NCBI GenBank assembly: GCA_035703785.1
Contig: DASSXN010000118.1
Location: 40,202 to 104,201, forward strand
Length of the DNA stretch: 64,000 nucleotides
Direction: 5' to 3'
Source of the DNA: Xanthobacteraceae bacterium
GTDB lineage: Bacteria > Pseudomonadota > Alphaproteobacteria > Rhizobiales > Xanthobacteraceae
The notes below the pieces were generated by a model that searched no databases, was not told where the DNA came from, and saw only the letters and a program-made list of their open reading frames with translations. Below, piece by piece: positions 34,728-44,926 of this stretch (position 1 is its first letter; every line of letters starts with the position of its first letter). The translations under genes were made by a program, and so were the position numbers.

Positions 34728-36533
34728 TCACACATCCACTTTCAGAGCGGCGATGAAGGCTTCCTGCGGGATGTCGACCTTGCCGAACTGCCGCATGCGC
34801 TTCTTGCCCTCCTTCTGCTTGTCGAGAAGCTTGCGCTTGCGGGTGACGTCGCCGCCGTAGCACTTGGCGGTGACGTCTTTCCTAAACGCGCGCACGGTCT
34901 CGCGCGCGATGATCTTGCCGCCGATCGCGGCCTGGATCGGCACCTGGAACATGTGCGGCGGGATCAACTCCTTGAGTTTTTCCGCCATGGCGCGGCCGCG
35001 CTGTTCGGCGCGGGTACGATGCACCAGCATGGCGAGCGCATCGACCGGTTCGCCGTTGACCAGCATCTGCAGCTTGACCAGATCGGAGGTGCGATAATCG
35101 GTCAGGTGATAATCGAACGACGCATACCCGCGCGACACCGATTTCAGCCGGTCGTAGAAATCGAACACTACTTCGTTGAGCGGCAGATTGTATTTCACCA
35201 GCGCCCGGTTGCCGACGTAAGTGAGCTCCTTCTGCTCGCCGCGCCGGTCCTGGCACAATTTGAGCACAGCACCGAGATATTCGTCGGGCGTGAGAATCGT
35301 CGCCTCGATCCAGGGCTCGCGCATTTCCTCGATGTGGTTCGGATCCGGCATGTCGACCGGATTATGAATTTCCAGCTCCTGGCCGTTGCGGAGCTTGATC
35401 TTGTAGATCACCGACGGCGCAGTCGCGATCAGATTGAGGTTGAATTCGCGCTCCAGCCGCTCCTGAATGATTTCGAGGTGGAGAAGGCCGAGGAAGCCGC
35501 AGCGGAAACCGAAGCCAAGCGCGGCGGAGGTCTCCATTTCATACGAAAAACTCGCATCGTTGAGGCGGAGCTTGCCCATGGCGGCGCGCAGCGCTTCGAA
35601 ATCGGCGGCGTCGACCGGGAACAGGCCGCAAAACACCACCGGGATCGCCGGGCGAAAGCCGGGGAGCGGCGCGGCGACCGGCTTGCGCTCGTCGGTGATG
35701 GTGTCGCCGACGCGGGTGTCGGCGACTTCCTTGATCGAGGCGGTGAGAAAACCAATCTCGCCAGGCCCGAGCTCGTCGAGCTCGACGCGCTTGGGCGTGA
35801 ACACGCCGACGCGGTCGACCTCGTAGGCCGCGTCGGTGCCCATCATGCGGATGCGCTGGCCTTTTTTCAGGATCCCATCGACGACGCGAAACAGCACGAC
35901 GACGCCGAGATAGGAATCGTACCAGCTGTCCACCAAGAGCGCCTTCAGCGGCGCCGCCGCGTCGCCTTTCGGCGGCGGCAGCCGATGCACGATCGCCTCC
36001 AGCACTTCCGGCACATTGTCGCCGGTCTTGGCCGAGATCAGGATGGCGTTCGAGGCGTCGAGCCCAATCACGTCCTCAATCTGCTCTTTCACCTTTTCCG
36101 GCTCGGCCGCGGGCAGATCGACCTTGTTGAGCACCGGCACGATCTCGTGATTGTTGTCGATCGCCTGATAGACATTGGCGAGCGTCTGCGCCTCCACCCC
36201 CTGCGAGGCGTCGACCACGAGGAGGGAGCCTTCGCAAGCGGCGAGCGAGCGGTTGACCTCGTAGGCGAAATCGACGTGGCCGGGCGTGTCGATGAGATTG
36301 AGCACGTAATCCTTACCGTCGCGCGCATGGTAGTTGAGCCGTACCGTCTGGGCCTTGATCGTGATGCCGCGCTCGCGCTCGATGTCCATGGAATCGAGCA
36401 CCTGATCGACCATTTCGCGCGCCTCCAGCGCCCCGGTGAGCTGGATCAGGCGGTCGGCAAGCGTCGATTTGCCGTGGTCGATATGGGCGATGATGGCGAA
36501 GTTGCGGATTTTTTCGATTGCGGCCGCGCTCAT
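34728..36533 (-). CDS. lepA: translation elongation factor 4
   Basis: [29 protein letters not shown] and NKVD GTPase motifs, plus the LepA C-terminal domain. Start at MSAAAIEK gives 601 aa. Confidence 0.96.
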   Translation of the reverse strand: MSAAAIEKIRNFAIIAHIDHGKSTLADRLIQLTGALEAREMVDQVLDSMDIERERGITIKAQTVRLNYHARDGKDYVLNLIDTPGHVDFAYEVNRSLAACEGSLLVVDASQGVEAQTLANVYQAIDNNHEIVPVLNKVDLPAAEPEKVKEQIEDVIGLDASNAILISAKTGDNVPEVLEAIVHRLPPPKGDAAAPLKALLVDSWYDSYLGVVVLFRVVDGILKKGQRIRMMGTDAAYEVDRVGVFTPKRVELDELGPGEIGFLTASIKEVADTRVGDTITDERKPVAAPLPGFRPAIPVVFCGLFPVDAADFEALRAAMGKLRLNDASFSYEMETSAALGFGFRCGFLGLLHLEIIQERLEREFNLNLIATAPSVIYKIKLRNGQELEIHNPVDMPDPNHIEEMREPWIEATILTPDEYLGAVLKLCQDRRGEQKELTYVGNRALVKYNLPLNEVVFDFYDRLKSVSRGYASFDYHLTDYRTSDLVKLQMLVNGEPVDALAMLVHRTRAEQRGRAMAEKLKELIPPHMFQVPIQAAIGGKIIARETVRAFRKDVTAKCYGGDVTRKRKLLDKQKEGKKRMRQFGKVDIPQEAFIAALKVDV

Positions 36534-36665
36534 GGCGGCGCAGATAACATCCGTCTCATCAAGCGGCAAGGTTTTAAGTAACAAGGCTTTCGGTTCGCAA
36601 AGCGAAGGTGGACGCGGTAGAACTGCCACGGGACGGGTTATGTCCCGTATTCCGTAGGCCAATTA

Positions 36666-36790
36666 TTGTTTGAGCATGATCTTTTCCGACCTGGCTTCGC
36701 CCGCCGAAGCATCAAGCGGGAGGAGAGACAAGCAGATGGCATGGCTTCGCGCAGGCGGGAAACCGGTATCTACTTTTCGGGATCATGCCC
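36666..36790. repeat. about 125-bp palindromic-ended repeat (GAGCATGATC...GATCATGC family), copy 1
   Basis: Aligns nearly end to end with the reverse complement of 43338-43447. Confidence 0.85.
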
Positions 36791-36806
36791 TAAGGCGAGC
36801 GATCCG

Positions 36807-38039
36807 ATGAACGTCGATACGATGCGCCGCATCGATCATTGGGCTGGCGTGCCGCTCTGCGCCGCTGCGACGCTGCTCGTGCGCTTGCGCGACTGGTTTC
36901 GCCCCCGTGCGGCGCGGCCGCTGCGGCACATCCTGTTCGTCGAATTATCGGAAATGGGCACGACCATCCTCGCCGAGCCGGCAATGCGCAAGGCGCGCAC
37001 TGAGCTTTCCGCCGAACTGTTTTTCGTCATATTCGAGCGCAATGCCGGCTCACTCGACCTGTTGGGGACATTTTCCCGCGAGAATGTTTTCACCATCTCC
37101 GACAAATCGCTGTTCGCGCTGGCCCGCGACACGATCGCTTTCCTGCGCTGGTGCCGCCTTAAAGACATCGACACGGTTGTGGATCTGGAACTGTTCTCGC
37201 GCTTTACCGCGCTGTTGGGCGGTCTAAGCGGCGCCGAGCGGCGCGTCGGCTTTCATCGCTTTCACAATGAGGGGCTCTATCGCGGCGAGATGCTCACGCA
37301 CCGCGTCGTCTACAATCCGCACATCCACATCGCCAAAAACTTCATCGCGCTGGTCGAGGCGCTCGCCGCTCCCGCACCGACGGTGCCCTATTCCAAGACC
37401 GTGATCGGCGACGATCAGCTCAAAGTGGCGCTCCCGCCGCCGAGCAGAGAGGCGCACGAGCACATGCTCGCACGCATCCGTGCCCTGGTGCCGTTCGATC
37501 CGGCGCGCCAGCGCCTCGTTCTGATCAATCCGAACGCGAGTGAGCTATTGCCGCACCGGCGCTGGATGCCGGAGCGATTTGCCGAATTGATTGGCCGCAT
37601 CCTCGCCGCCCATGACGACGTCGTCGTGCTGATTACCGGCGCGCCGGAGGAGCGCGCCAGAGCCGAGGAGCTCGCGCGGATCAATGGGCCGCGCTCGGTC
37701 TCGTTCGCCGGTCATTCGAGTCTTGCCGACCTGCCGGCGCTTTATGCGCAGGCAACATTGATGGTGAGTAACGATTCCGGTCCGGCGCATTTTTCCGCGG
37801 CCGCCGGGCTTCCCACCATCGTGCTGTTCGGTCCGGAGACGCCCAAGCTCTACCAACCGCTCGGCACTTCGCGCGCGATCTATGCGGGGCTCGCCTGTTC
37901 GCCCTGTGTCACTGCGCATAACCATCGCAAGACCGCCTGCACCGACAATGTCTGCATGCGCGCGATCGCAGTCGAGGAAGTCTATGCCGCCGTCGCCGAG
38001 GTATTGGCGGCGCCCCGCGCCGCGGCTGCGTCCCGATAG
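36807..38039 (+). CDS. glycosyltransferase family 9 (heptosyltransferase-like)
   Basis: LVLINPNASELLPHRRW, VVVLITGAPEE and MVSNDSGPAHFSAAAGLPTIVLFGP motifs typical of GT9. The start lies after the repeat. Confidence 0.85.
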   Translation: MNVDTMRRIDHWAGVPLCAAATLLVRLRDWFRPRAARPLRHILFVELSEMGTTILAEPAMRKARTELSAELFFVIFERNAGSLDLLGTFSRENVFTISDKSLFALARDTIAFLRWCRLKDIDTVVDLELFSRFTALLGGLSGAERRVGFHRFHNEGLYRGEMLTHRVVYNPHIHIAKNFIALVEALAAPAPTVPYSKTVIGDDQLKVALPPPSREAHEHMLARIRALVPFDPARQRLVLINPNASELLPHRRWMPERFAELIGRILAAHDDVVVLITGAPEERARAEELARINGPRSVSFAGHSSLADLPALYAQATLMVSNDSGPAHFSAAAGLPTIVLFGPETPKLYQPLGTSRAIYAGLACSPCVTAHNHRKTACTDNVCMRAIAVEEVYAAVAEVLAAPRAAAASR

Positions 38040-38052
38040 ATCAGCTACACTT

Positions 38053-39585
38053 ATGACCCTCGCCGCAACCGCACGCGTAAGGCGAAATCCGTTCGAACGG
38101 ATTTTTGCCGCGCTGATCGATCCGGCGAAGAGCGAGCGCACCATGCTCGTCCTCCTCGCCGGCTATGCCGCGGCGTGGTCGCTCTACGGCGTCATCGCCA
38201 AAGGCAGCCAAGATCTTCATTTCGACATCGGCGAAATGTTCGCCTGGTCGCACCAGGTGTCTTTAAGCGCGCCGACCCATCCGCCGCTCGGCGCCTGGCT
38301 GGTGCGCGCCTGGTTCGCAGTGATGCCGCGGCAAGACTGGGCGTTTTATCTGTTCGGAATTGTGCTCGCGACGATGGCGCTGTGGATCGCGTGGCGCCTT
38401 GCCGGACGGTATCTGACTCCGGAAAAGCGCGTGCTTGGATTGGCGCTGTTGAGCCTGTTGCCGTTCTATAATTTTCACGCACTGAAATACAACGCGAGTT
38501 CGGTGCTCACGCCGTTCTGGGCAGCCACTACGTGGTGGTTTCTGCTGTCATTCGAAACCCGCCGGGCCGGTTTCGCGGCGCTCGCAGGTTTTGCCGCCGG
38601 CGCCGCCATGCTCGGCAAATATTGGTCGATCTTTTTGCTCGCTGGACTCGGGCTCGCCGCATTGAGCGACCCGCGCCGCTCCGCCTATTTCCGGTCACCG
38701 GCGCCGTGGCTGACCATTGCCGCCGGCGCCGCCGTGTTGGCGCCGCATGTCTTTTGGATCGCGACGCACGGCTTCACCACCGTCGATTTTGCCTTTACCT
38801 CGCACGCCACCACCCTCGCGCACGCAGCGGCCGGATCGCTATATTTCCTGGCAAGCGTGCTCGGTTATATCGCCGTCCCGATCGCGCTCGGCGCTCTCGC
38901 CACCCTGCCGAGCCTCGCTGCGATCAAAGATACGCTGTGGCCGAGAGCAGCGGAGCGGCGGACGATCCTGATCGCCTTCGCCGCGCCGCTAATCCTTGCC
39001 GCGCTGGCCGCGATCGCGGCGCGCGCGGAGCTCGATCCGCTATGGTCGATGTCGGCAATGACCTTGCTCCCGATCGTGCTGTTTGCGTCACCTCTCATTG
39101 CCGTCAATCGCACTGCGGCGGTCTATATTTTGGCTTTCGCCGTGATTTTTCCGCTGCTGCTGCTCGCCGCATCCCCGGTCATCGCGCTCGTCATACATCG
39201 CCAGGGCGTGACCAATTATGCGAGCCATTATCGGCTGATCGCGCAAGCGGTCGAGCAGGCGTGGCATTCGCAAACTCGTCAGCCGCTGCGCATTGTCGGC
39301 GGCAACCGGCCGGTGGTCGACGGCAGCAACTTCTATTTCGCCGATCCGCCGGCGACCTTCGTGGTCACCGAACCGATGCGCACGCCGTGGGTCGACCAGG
39401 CGCGCATCGCCCGCGAAGGCATCGCCATCGTGTGTCCGCGCGCCGAACCGGGTTGTCTGCGGGAACTCACCGCCTTTATGACGCGCTATGGCGGCAACAC
39501 CGAGGACGTCGCCCTCGCGCGCCGCTTCTTCGGTTCATCCGACACGCCGGTCGATTACCAGATCGCGATCATCCCGCCGAAGTGA
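38053..39585 (+). CDS. glycosyltransferase family 39 (ArnT/PMT-like) membrane protein
   Basis: Polytopic N-terminal region with HPPLGAWL and LGKYWS motifs, plus a C-terminal periplasmic domain. ATG 38053. Confidence 0.78.
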   Translation: MTLAATARVRRNPFERIFAALIDPAKSERTMLVLLAGYAAAWSLYGVIAKGSQDLHFDIGEMFAWSHQVSLSAPTHPPLGAWLVRAWFAVMPRQDWAFYLFGIVLATMALWIAWRLAGRYLTPEKRVLGLALLSLLPFYNFHALKYNASSVLTPFWAATTWWFLLSFETRRAGFAALAGFAAGAAMLGKYWSIFLLAGLGLAALSDPRRSAYFRSPAPWLTIAAGAAVLAPHVFWIATHGFTTVDFAFTSHATTLAHAAAGSLYFLASVLGYIAVPIALGALATLPSLAAIKDTLWPRAAERRTILIAFAAPLILAALAAIAARAELDPLWSMSAMTLLPIVLFASPLIAVNRTAAVYILAFAVIFPLLLLAASPVIALVIHRQGVTNYASHYRLIAQAVEQAWHSQTRQPLRIVGGNRPVVDGSNFYFADPPATFVVTEPMRTPWVDQARIAREGIAIVCPRAEPGCLRELTAFMTRYGGNTEDVALARRFFGSSDTPVDYQIAIIPPK

Positions 39586-39623
39586 TTTTGCATTCTACTC
39601 GCACTAGCAGCAGGCATTTGCTT

Positions 39624-39717
39624 CCCCTCCCCCCGCTTTGCGGTGGGGGGCGAACTAAAGAAAGTCCCCCCACCCCTATCCCTCCCCACCACGCGCTCCG
39701 CGCGCGGGCGGGAGGGG
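39624..39717. repeat. C/G-run REP-like hairpins
   Basis: cccctccccccgctttgcggtgggggg and ccctcccc...gggaggg stems. Confidence 0.65.
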
Positions 39718-39787
39718 AAAGTTAGGAACCAAGCCGAAGTGACGCCGTTGGCGAGTCGCTGTCGCGTTCCATCGGGACCTTGCCGCC

Positions 39788-41128
39788 GTGAGCGTTGCGT
39801 TGCCATTCCTGAATTTGCCGCAAAATCTACAGTGGCACGTCCGGAGCTACGCCGCATGGCTGCTCCTCATCGCCACCGCGGCCGCTTACTACCCGCGCTT
39901 TGTCAAACTCCCCGTCGGCATGGAGACCTATCCGCAGGCGGCCTCCTGCCTGTGGCATGGCCAGATGCTGCAGGTTTGCGATCAGGGCTTCACCTATCCG
40001 CCGTTCTTCGCTCTCGTCATGTTGCCATTCGCGCCGTTGCCGCTGTGGCTGCGCGATTTCGTCTGGTACGGGGTGACGCTCGCCGTCACGATCGGTGCAT
40101 TCAAACTGTGCGAAACCGTCGCTCGTAAATCGCTCGCCGCGCCGCTTGAGCGCGCCGAACTGTTTTGGCTACGATTTTTTGCGCTGCTATTGTCCGCCAA
40201 GCTCATTCTCGCGGTATTCGAGAATCAGGCCTATGACGCGCTGGTTCTCGTTGCCGTACTGCTCGGCCTTTCGGCGCTCCGCGAAGACCGCCCGCTAGCC
40301 GCAGGCGCCAGTCTCGCGCTGGCGGCGGCGCTGAAAGCGACGCCATTGATCTTTCTGCCCTACCTGTTGTGGAAGCGCTATTTCGCCGCGGCTGCGGCAT
40401 TCGTGCTTGTCTACGCGCTGGCGTCGCTGCTGCCCGATCTATTGTTCGCGCCGGCGGGAGGGCCCGGCTATTTCGCAACCTGGCTCGGCGAGGTGGCTGG
40501 GCCGTCGCTCGGCGTCAATCCGGCGGGCGCGCCGTTCGCGTTCTGGGACGGCGCCAATATCTTGAATCACTCACTGCGCGGGGCGGTCGCGCTGAACGTT
40601 GACGAAGCGCATTACCGCGGCTTGTTCGACGTGGCGCTGGCTGTCGCCGACGGTTGCTTCATTGTTGTGGTCGGAACGCTGCTTGCGGTATCGCCGCGCC
40701 GGCCCCAATCGATCGCGATCGACGGTTCGCTCCTGCTCATCGCCATGCTGATGCTCTCACCAATGACAAGCCGCTCGCATTATGTCGCGCTGCTCCTGCC
40801 CTATATGACGCTACTGGCGCACAATTGGCGTGATCAGCGCACCGGTCGACTGGGCCGCGCGGTGCTACTCATGAGCTTCGCCTTAGTTACGCTGGCTGGC
40901 AACGACGCGGTGGGGGAAGCTTTCACCGTCTGGGCCTATCGGCACAGCGCCATGGTGCTCGGCACGCTCGTGCTGCTGATCTATTTCGCGGCGCTGGTGA
41001 TTAAGCGGCAAGTGAATTCAAGTGGTAATTTACTTGGGCAACCGCTCGTTCCCGCGAAAGCGGGGACCCCGCGGTTCTCGGAGGCATCTTTTCGCTCGCA
41101 ATCTGGACTTCCGCTGTCGCGGGAATGA
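39788..41128 (+). CDS. DUF2029/GT87-like membrane glycosyltransferase
   Basis: GTG start. YPPFFALVMLPFA and ALKATPLIFLPYLLWKR motifs with about 10 TM helices. The last 30 or so codons run through REP-like hairpins. Confidence 0.72.
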   Translation: MSVALPFLNLPQNLQWHVRSYAAWLLLIATAAAYYPRFVKLPVGMETYPQAASCLWHGQMLQVCDQGFTYPPFFALVMLPFAPLPLWLRDFVWYGVTLAVTIGAFKLCETVARKSLAAPLERAELFWLRFFALLLSAKLILAVFENQAYDALVLVAVLLGLSALREDRPLAAGASLALAAALKATPLIFLPYLLWKRYFAAAAAFVLVYALASLLPDLLFAPAGGPGYFATWLGEVAGPSLGVNPAGAPFAFWDGANILNHSLRGAVALNVDEAHYRGLFDVALAVADGCFIVVVGTLLAVSPRRPQSIAIDGSLLLIAMLMLSPMTSRSHYVALLLPYMTLLAHNWRDQRTGRLGRAVLLMSFALVTLAGNDAVGEAFTVWAYRHSAMVLGTLVLLIYFAALVIKRQVNSSGNLLGQPLVPAKAGTPRFSEASFRSQSGLPLSRE

Positions 41129-41135
41129 GCGGAAC

Positions 41136-42569
41136 TCAGTACCGGTAGTGATCGGACTTGTACGGCCCGTGCACCGGAACGCCGATATAGTTTGACTGCT
41201 TGTCGGACAGCTTGGTCAGCTTCACCCCGATCTTGTCGAGATGCAGCCGCGCGACTTTTTCGTCGAGCTGCTTCGGCAGCGTATAGACCTTGTTCTGATA
41301 CTTGTCGGGATTGGTCCACAGCTCGATTTGCGCCAGCGTCTGGTTGGTGAAGGATGACGACATGACGAAGCTCGGATGGCCCATGGCATTGCCGAGATTA
41401 ACGAGGCGGCCTTCCGACAACAGAATGATGCGCTTGCCGTCGGGGAACTCGATTTCGTCGACTTGCGGCTTGACGTTATGCCATTTCAAGTTGCGCAGCG
41501 CCGCCACCTGAATCTCGCTGTCGAAGTGACCGATATTGGCGACGATGGCGCGATGCTTCATCTTGCGCATGTGCTCGATGGTGATGACGTCGACGTTGCC
41601 GGTCGCAGTGACGAAAATGTCGGCGCGCGGCGCCGCGTCTTCCATGGTGGCAACTTCATAGCCTTCCATGGCGGCCTGCAGCGCGCAGATCGGATCGATC
41701 TCGGCAACCACGACACGGCAACCAGCTTGGCGTAACGACGCCGCCGAGCCTTTGCCGACGTCGCCGAAACCGGCGACCATCGCCACCTTGCCGGCCATCA
41801 TCACGTCGGTGCCGCGGCGGATGCCGTCGACCAGCGACTCGCGACAGCCGTAGAGATTGTCGAATTTCGACTTGGTAACACTGTCATTGACGTTGATGGC
41901 GGGGAAGAGCAGCCGCCCTTCCCGCTCCATTTGATAGAGCCGGTGCACGCCAGTCGTGGTCTCCTCGGTGACGCCTTTGATGGCTTTGGCGACGGTCGAA
42001 TACCACCCCGGCCGTTCTTTGAGGCGCTTGGCGATCGCGGCGAACAACACTTCCTCTTCCTCATTGCCCGGATACGCGATCACTCCCGCATTGCTCTCGG
42101 CCTGCATGCCGAGATGCAGGAGGAGCGTGGCGTCGCCGCCATCGTCGAGGATCATGTTGGGACCGCCGCCATCGGCCCATTCGAAAATGCGGTGGGTGTA
42201 GTTCCAATATTCCGGCAGCGTTTCGCCCTTGACGGCGAACACCGGCGTACCGCCGGCCGCGATCGCGGCGGCAGCGTGGTCCTGCGTCGAATAGATGTTG
42301 CATGAGGCCCAACGCACATCGGCGCCGAGCGCTGTGAGCGTCTCGATCAGGACCGCGGTCTGGATGGTCATATGCAACGAGCCGGCGATGCGGGCGCCGC
42401 GCAGCGGTTGTTGCGGCCCGAATTCCTCGCGGGTCGCCATCAGGCCGGGCATTTCGGTTTCGGCGATGGCGATCTCCTTGCGGCCCCAGTCCGCAAGACC
42501 GATGTCCTTGACGACGTAATCGGCGGCCGAAGCATGCGTTTTTGTTTTCGCGAACGTAGTCATGGGCAT
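41136..42569 (-). CDS. ahcY: adenosylhomocysteinase
   Basis: [24 protein letters not shown] and [10 protein letters not shown] (NAD-binding) motifs, with ...HYRY at the C-terminus. Start is ATG 42569 or 42563. Confidence 0.95.
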   Translation of the reverse strand: MPMTTFAKTKTHASAADYVVKDIGLADWGRKEIAIAETEMPGLMATREEFGPQQPLRGARIAGSLHMTIQTAVLIETLTALGADVRWASCNIYSTQDHAAAAIAAGGTPVFAVKGETLPEYWNYTHRIFEWADGGGPNMILDDGGDATLLLHLGMQAESNAGVIAYPGNEEEEVLFAAIAKRLKERPGWYSTVAKAIKGVTEETTTGVHRLYQMEREGRLLFPAINVNDSVTKSKFDNLYGCRESLVDGIRRGTDVMMAGKVAMVAGFGDVGKGSAASLRQAGCRVVVAEIDPICALQAAMEGYEVATMEDAAPRADIFVTATGNVDVITIEHMRKMKHRAIVANIGHFDSEIQVAALRNLKWHNVKPQVDEIEFPDGKRIILLSEGRLVNLGNAMGHPSFVMSSSFTNQTLAQIELWTNPDKYQNKVYTLPKQLDEKVARLHLDKIGVKLTKLSDKQSNYIGVPVHGPYKSDHYRY

Positions 42570-42800
42570 CCTTTTTGCGGGAAACAGCTCCGCCCCGGAT
42601 CCAGGCCGAGGCGAGCTTTGACTATGCTTTAGCAGGGACGCGTCGGGACGGCAATAAAGACATAAAGATACCTTTATGCCGCTTTTCGGACGTTTGCCGC
42701 GATTGGACACGCCGCCTACCGCGATTTCGTTGCCGACCTGAAAGCGGCACGCGCGGCCGCGGGCAAAGCGCCCGCTAAGCGCTGATAATTCAAACGCTGA

Positions 42801-43265
42801 TCAGCCGGCCTTCGGTGGCGGCGTTGCCGGCCGCTGCGCTGCTTTCACCACACCGGCTTGCGTGAGCGCCGCCGCGATCTGTTGCATGCGATTGATGAGA
42901 TCGACGGCCGCGACCGGCGGCAGCACCAAGCGGCAGGCCGGATAGCGTCGACCGGTGATCGGCGCATTGGGCTTGACGTCGTCAAAACGGGTGACGCCAA
43001 ACTCGATACGCAAGGTCTGACCATCGAAGATCAAACCGGTAACGGAATCGGCGAAAGTCTCGACCATGTCGGCGCGGTCGACGTAGCGGATGCTCGCCGC
43101 ACCGCGTTCAGGCGAACCGGCCGAGGCGGCAGGGGCGGCAGGGGCAGGATTGGAGGCGCTGCCTTTTGTGGTCGCTTCGGGGCTCATCGGCTTTCTCCTG
43201 TTGGGGCGGCTATTTGCTCGCGGCGCGCTGGTTTTGGCCTTGATCGTGGCCTTGGTTTTCGCCAT
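42801..43265 (-). CDS. hypothetical protein (basic/Ala-Pro-rich N-terminus plus conserved-looking C-terminal domain)
   Basis: 154-aa ORF between ahcY and the NPr gene. No motif recognised. The start is uncertain. Confidence 0.55.
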   Translation of the reverse strand: MAKTKATIKAKTSAPRANSRPNRRKPMSPEATTKGSASNPAPAAPAASAGSPERGAASIRYVDRADMVETFADSVTGLIFDGQTLRIEFGVTRFDDVKPNAPITGRRYPACRLVLPPVAAVDLINRMQQIAAALTQAGVVKAAQRPATPPPKAG

Positions 43266-43280
43266 GCGCAGCCGATCCTA

Positions 43281-43447
43281 GAGCATGATGCTGAGAAGTG
43301 GATACCGGTTTTAGGTTAAGATCATGCGCAAGAACCAAGCATGATCCCGAAAAGTGGATGCCGGTTTCCCGCTTGCGCGAAGCCATCTGCTTGTGCTCGC
43401 GGTTGATGCTTCGGCGGGCGAAGCCAGGTCGGTAAAGATCATTCTCA
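43281..43447. repeat. short (43281-43327) plus long (43338-43447) copies of the GAGCATGAT...GATCATGC repeat family
   Basis: The long copy is the reverse complement of 36666-36790 with small indels. The short copy keeps only the terminal arms. Confidence 0.85.
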
Positions 43448-43459
43448 AAAAATCCGCGA

Positions 43460-43801
43460 TCAATCAGCTTCGCCGAAGCGCGAGGTGATGAGCGCCTCCA
43501 GGGCATCGACGGCGGCAGCCGCTTGCGGTCCGGTGGCGCTAATCGTGATCGAGGTTCCTGGCGCCGCCGCCAGCATCATCAGCCCCATGATCGAGGTGCC
43601 GCCGACTGTCTCGTGCCCGCGCGTCACCCGCACATCGGCATCAAATTTTTCCACGGTTTGTACGAATTTGGCCGAGGCCCGGGCGTGCAGGCCTTTTTTG
43701 TTGCAAATAACGAGAGCACGAACCACGGCGTCCTCGGCGGGTTGCGCGTCCGGCGTGCGGGCACTGCTTTGCCGGGCGCTGCTTTGCCCTTTGGCGTTCA
43801 T
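43460..43801 (-). CDS. ptsH: HPr family phosphocarrier protein (NPr-like)
   Basis: ICNKKGLHARASAKF (active-site His) and GTSIMGLMMLAA (regulatory Ser region). ATGA overlap with the EIIA gene. Confidence 0.88.
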   Translation of the reverse strand: MNAKGQSSARQSSARTPDAQPAEDAVVRALVICNKKGLHARASAKFVQTVEKFDADVRVTRGHETVGGTSIMGLMMLAAAPGTSITISATGPQAAAAVDALEALITSRFGEAD

Positions 43802-44199
43802 TTGCCGGTCAGCACCCGGCTGGCAATGGTGACGTATTTACGGCCGGCTTCCTGCGCTGCTGCGACCGCTTCAGCTAGCGGGCACTCGTCGCGGACCTTG
43901 GCGAGCTTCACCAGCATCGGAAGATTGATCCCGGCCAGAACCTCGACCTTGGGCCGGCTCATGACTGAAATGGCCAAGTTCGACGGGGTGCCGCCAAACA
44001 TGTCGGTCAGGATGGCGACGCCGTCGCCGCTGTCGACCCGGCGCACCGCTTCAATAATATCCTTGCGGCGCTCCTCGACGTCGTCGTCTGGACCGATGGT
44101 TATCGCTTCGATTTGGCCCTGCGGGCCGACAACGTGCTCCAGCGCGGCGCGGAACTCGACAGCAAGCCGCCCGTGGGTGACCAGCACAAGACCAATCAT
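43798..44199 (-). CDS. PTS EIIA component, mannose family
   Basis: MIGLVLVTHGRLA (active-site His) and ILTDMFGGTPSN. GGGAG SD. Confidence 0.88.
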   Translation of the reverse strand: MIGLVLVTHGRLAVEFRAALEHVVGPQGQIEAITIGPDDDVEERRKDIIEAVRRVDSGDGVAILTDMFGGTPSNLAISVMSRPKVEVLAGINLPMLVKLAKVRDECPLAEAVAAAQEAGRKYVTIASRVLTGK

Positions 44200-44425
44200 G
44201 GAACTCCCCGCGGGCGCGCCCCGGTTGCGCCGCACGAAAGGGTGCTCATCATGACCATCTAAAGCCCCGGCGCAAGGGGCATTCTTGGCAAACTGCGGGG
44301 GTTGTTGCATTGCGGTAACGAGCGGGTTTCGCCGGCACGGCATCCGGCCAAGGCGGCCAGAATCGCTCGCGCGTCAAGAGCGAGCGCCGCGCCGAGTCTT
44401 TGAACCATGTCTTGGAACATTATGG

Positions 44426-44926
44426 TTAATCAATTGCCAATCCGGCCTTCTGCCGCCCCTCAGGTGTCTTTAAGACACCTACGGCACCGCAGGAAGTGAT
44501 CATGGCCAAGACCAGCGGCAAGGCCGAGACGCCCGGTGCGACGGCGAGACGCGGCATAGTTATGCCTTCCACAACGGTTTCGTCGCGCTCGGGCAGGCGT
44601 TCGGCGTCCGCGGCGGCGAGATCGACCACGAGGCCGACAACCGCGCAGAGTTCATGATCGCGCCGCAAAATGCCGACGCCGCGCAGTTCGATTAGTCCGG
44701 CCAGCGTATCGTTTGGACGTACCAAAAGCCGGCCGCCGGCCGCCTGAAGATGGATGCGATCGTCGCCGACAAGTCTGGCAAAAACGATGGCGCCCCCGCG
44801 CGCAGCCTCAATGAGCTCCCACGCCAGCCGCGATTTGCCGGCCCCGGAGGGCCCCCGGATCAAGACCGCGCGGGCACCGACGAGCACCGCCGAAGCGTGC
44901 ACGGTCGCGCCGCCAGGTTTTACCAT
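44426..44926 (-). CDS. hprK: HPr kinase/phosphorylase, short alphaproteobacterial form (C-terminal domain only)
   Basis: HASAVLVGARAVLIRGPSGAGKS (P-loop) and LIELRGVGI. The start overlaps the chvG stop by 1 nt. Confidence 0.85.
   Translation of the reverse strand: MVKPGGATVHASAVLVGARAVLIRGPSGAGKSRLAWELIEAARGGAIVFARLVGDDRIHLQAAGGRLLVRPNDTLAGLIELRGVGILRRDHELCAVVGLVVDLAAADAERLPERDETVVEGITMPRLAVAPGVSALPLVLAMITSCGAVGVLKTPEGRQKAGLAID

Noticed and set aside
34953-36581. 542-aa plus-strand ORF
   Set aside because: It is entirely antisense to lepA. It has the Arg/Ala/Gly/Asp-rich composition typical of shadow ORFs in high-GC DNA, with no motif and no SD.
38532-39725. 397-aa plus-strand ORF in another frame of the GT39 gene
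   Set aside because: This is an Arg/Ala/Pro-rich out-of-frame reading. The membrane-protein frame (38053-39585) has sensible TM helices.
42570-42800. SAH riboswitch upstream of ahcY
   Set aside because: The leader lacks the conserved SAH-element core as I remember it. That riboswitch is mainly found in beta- and gammaproteobacteria. Only short AT-rich hairpins are present.
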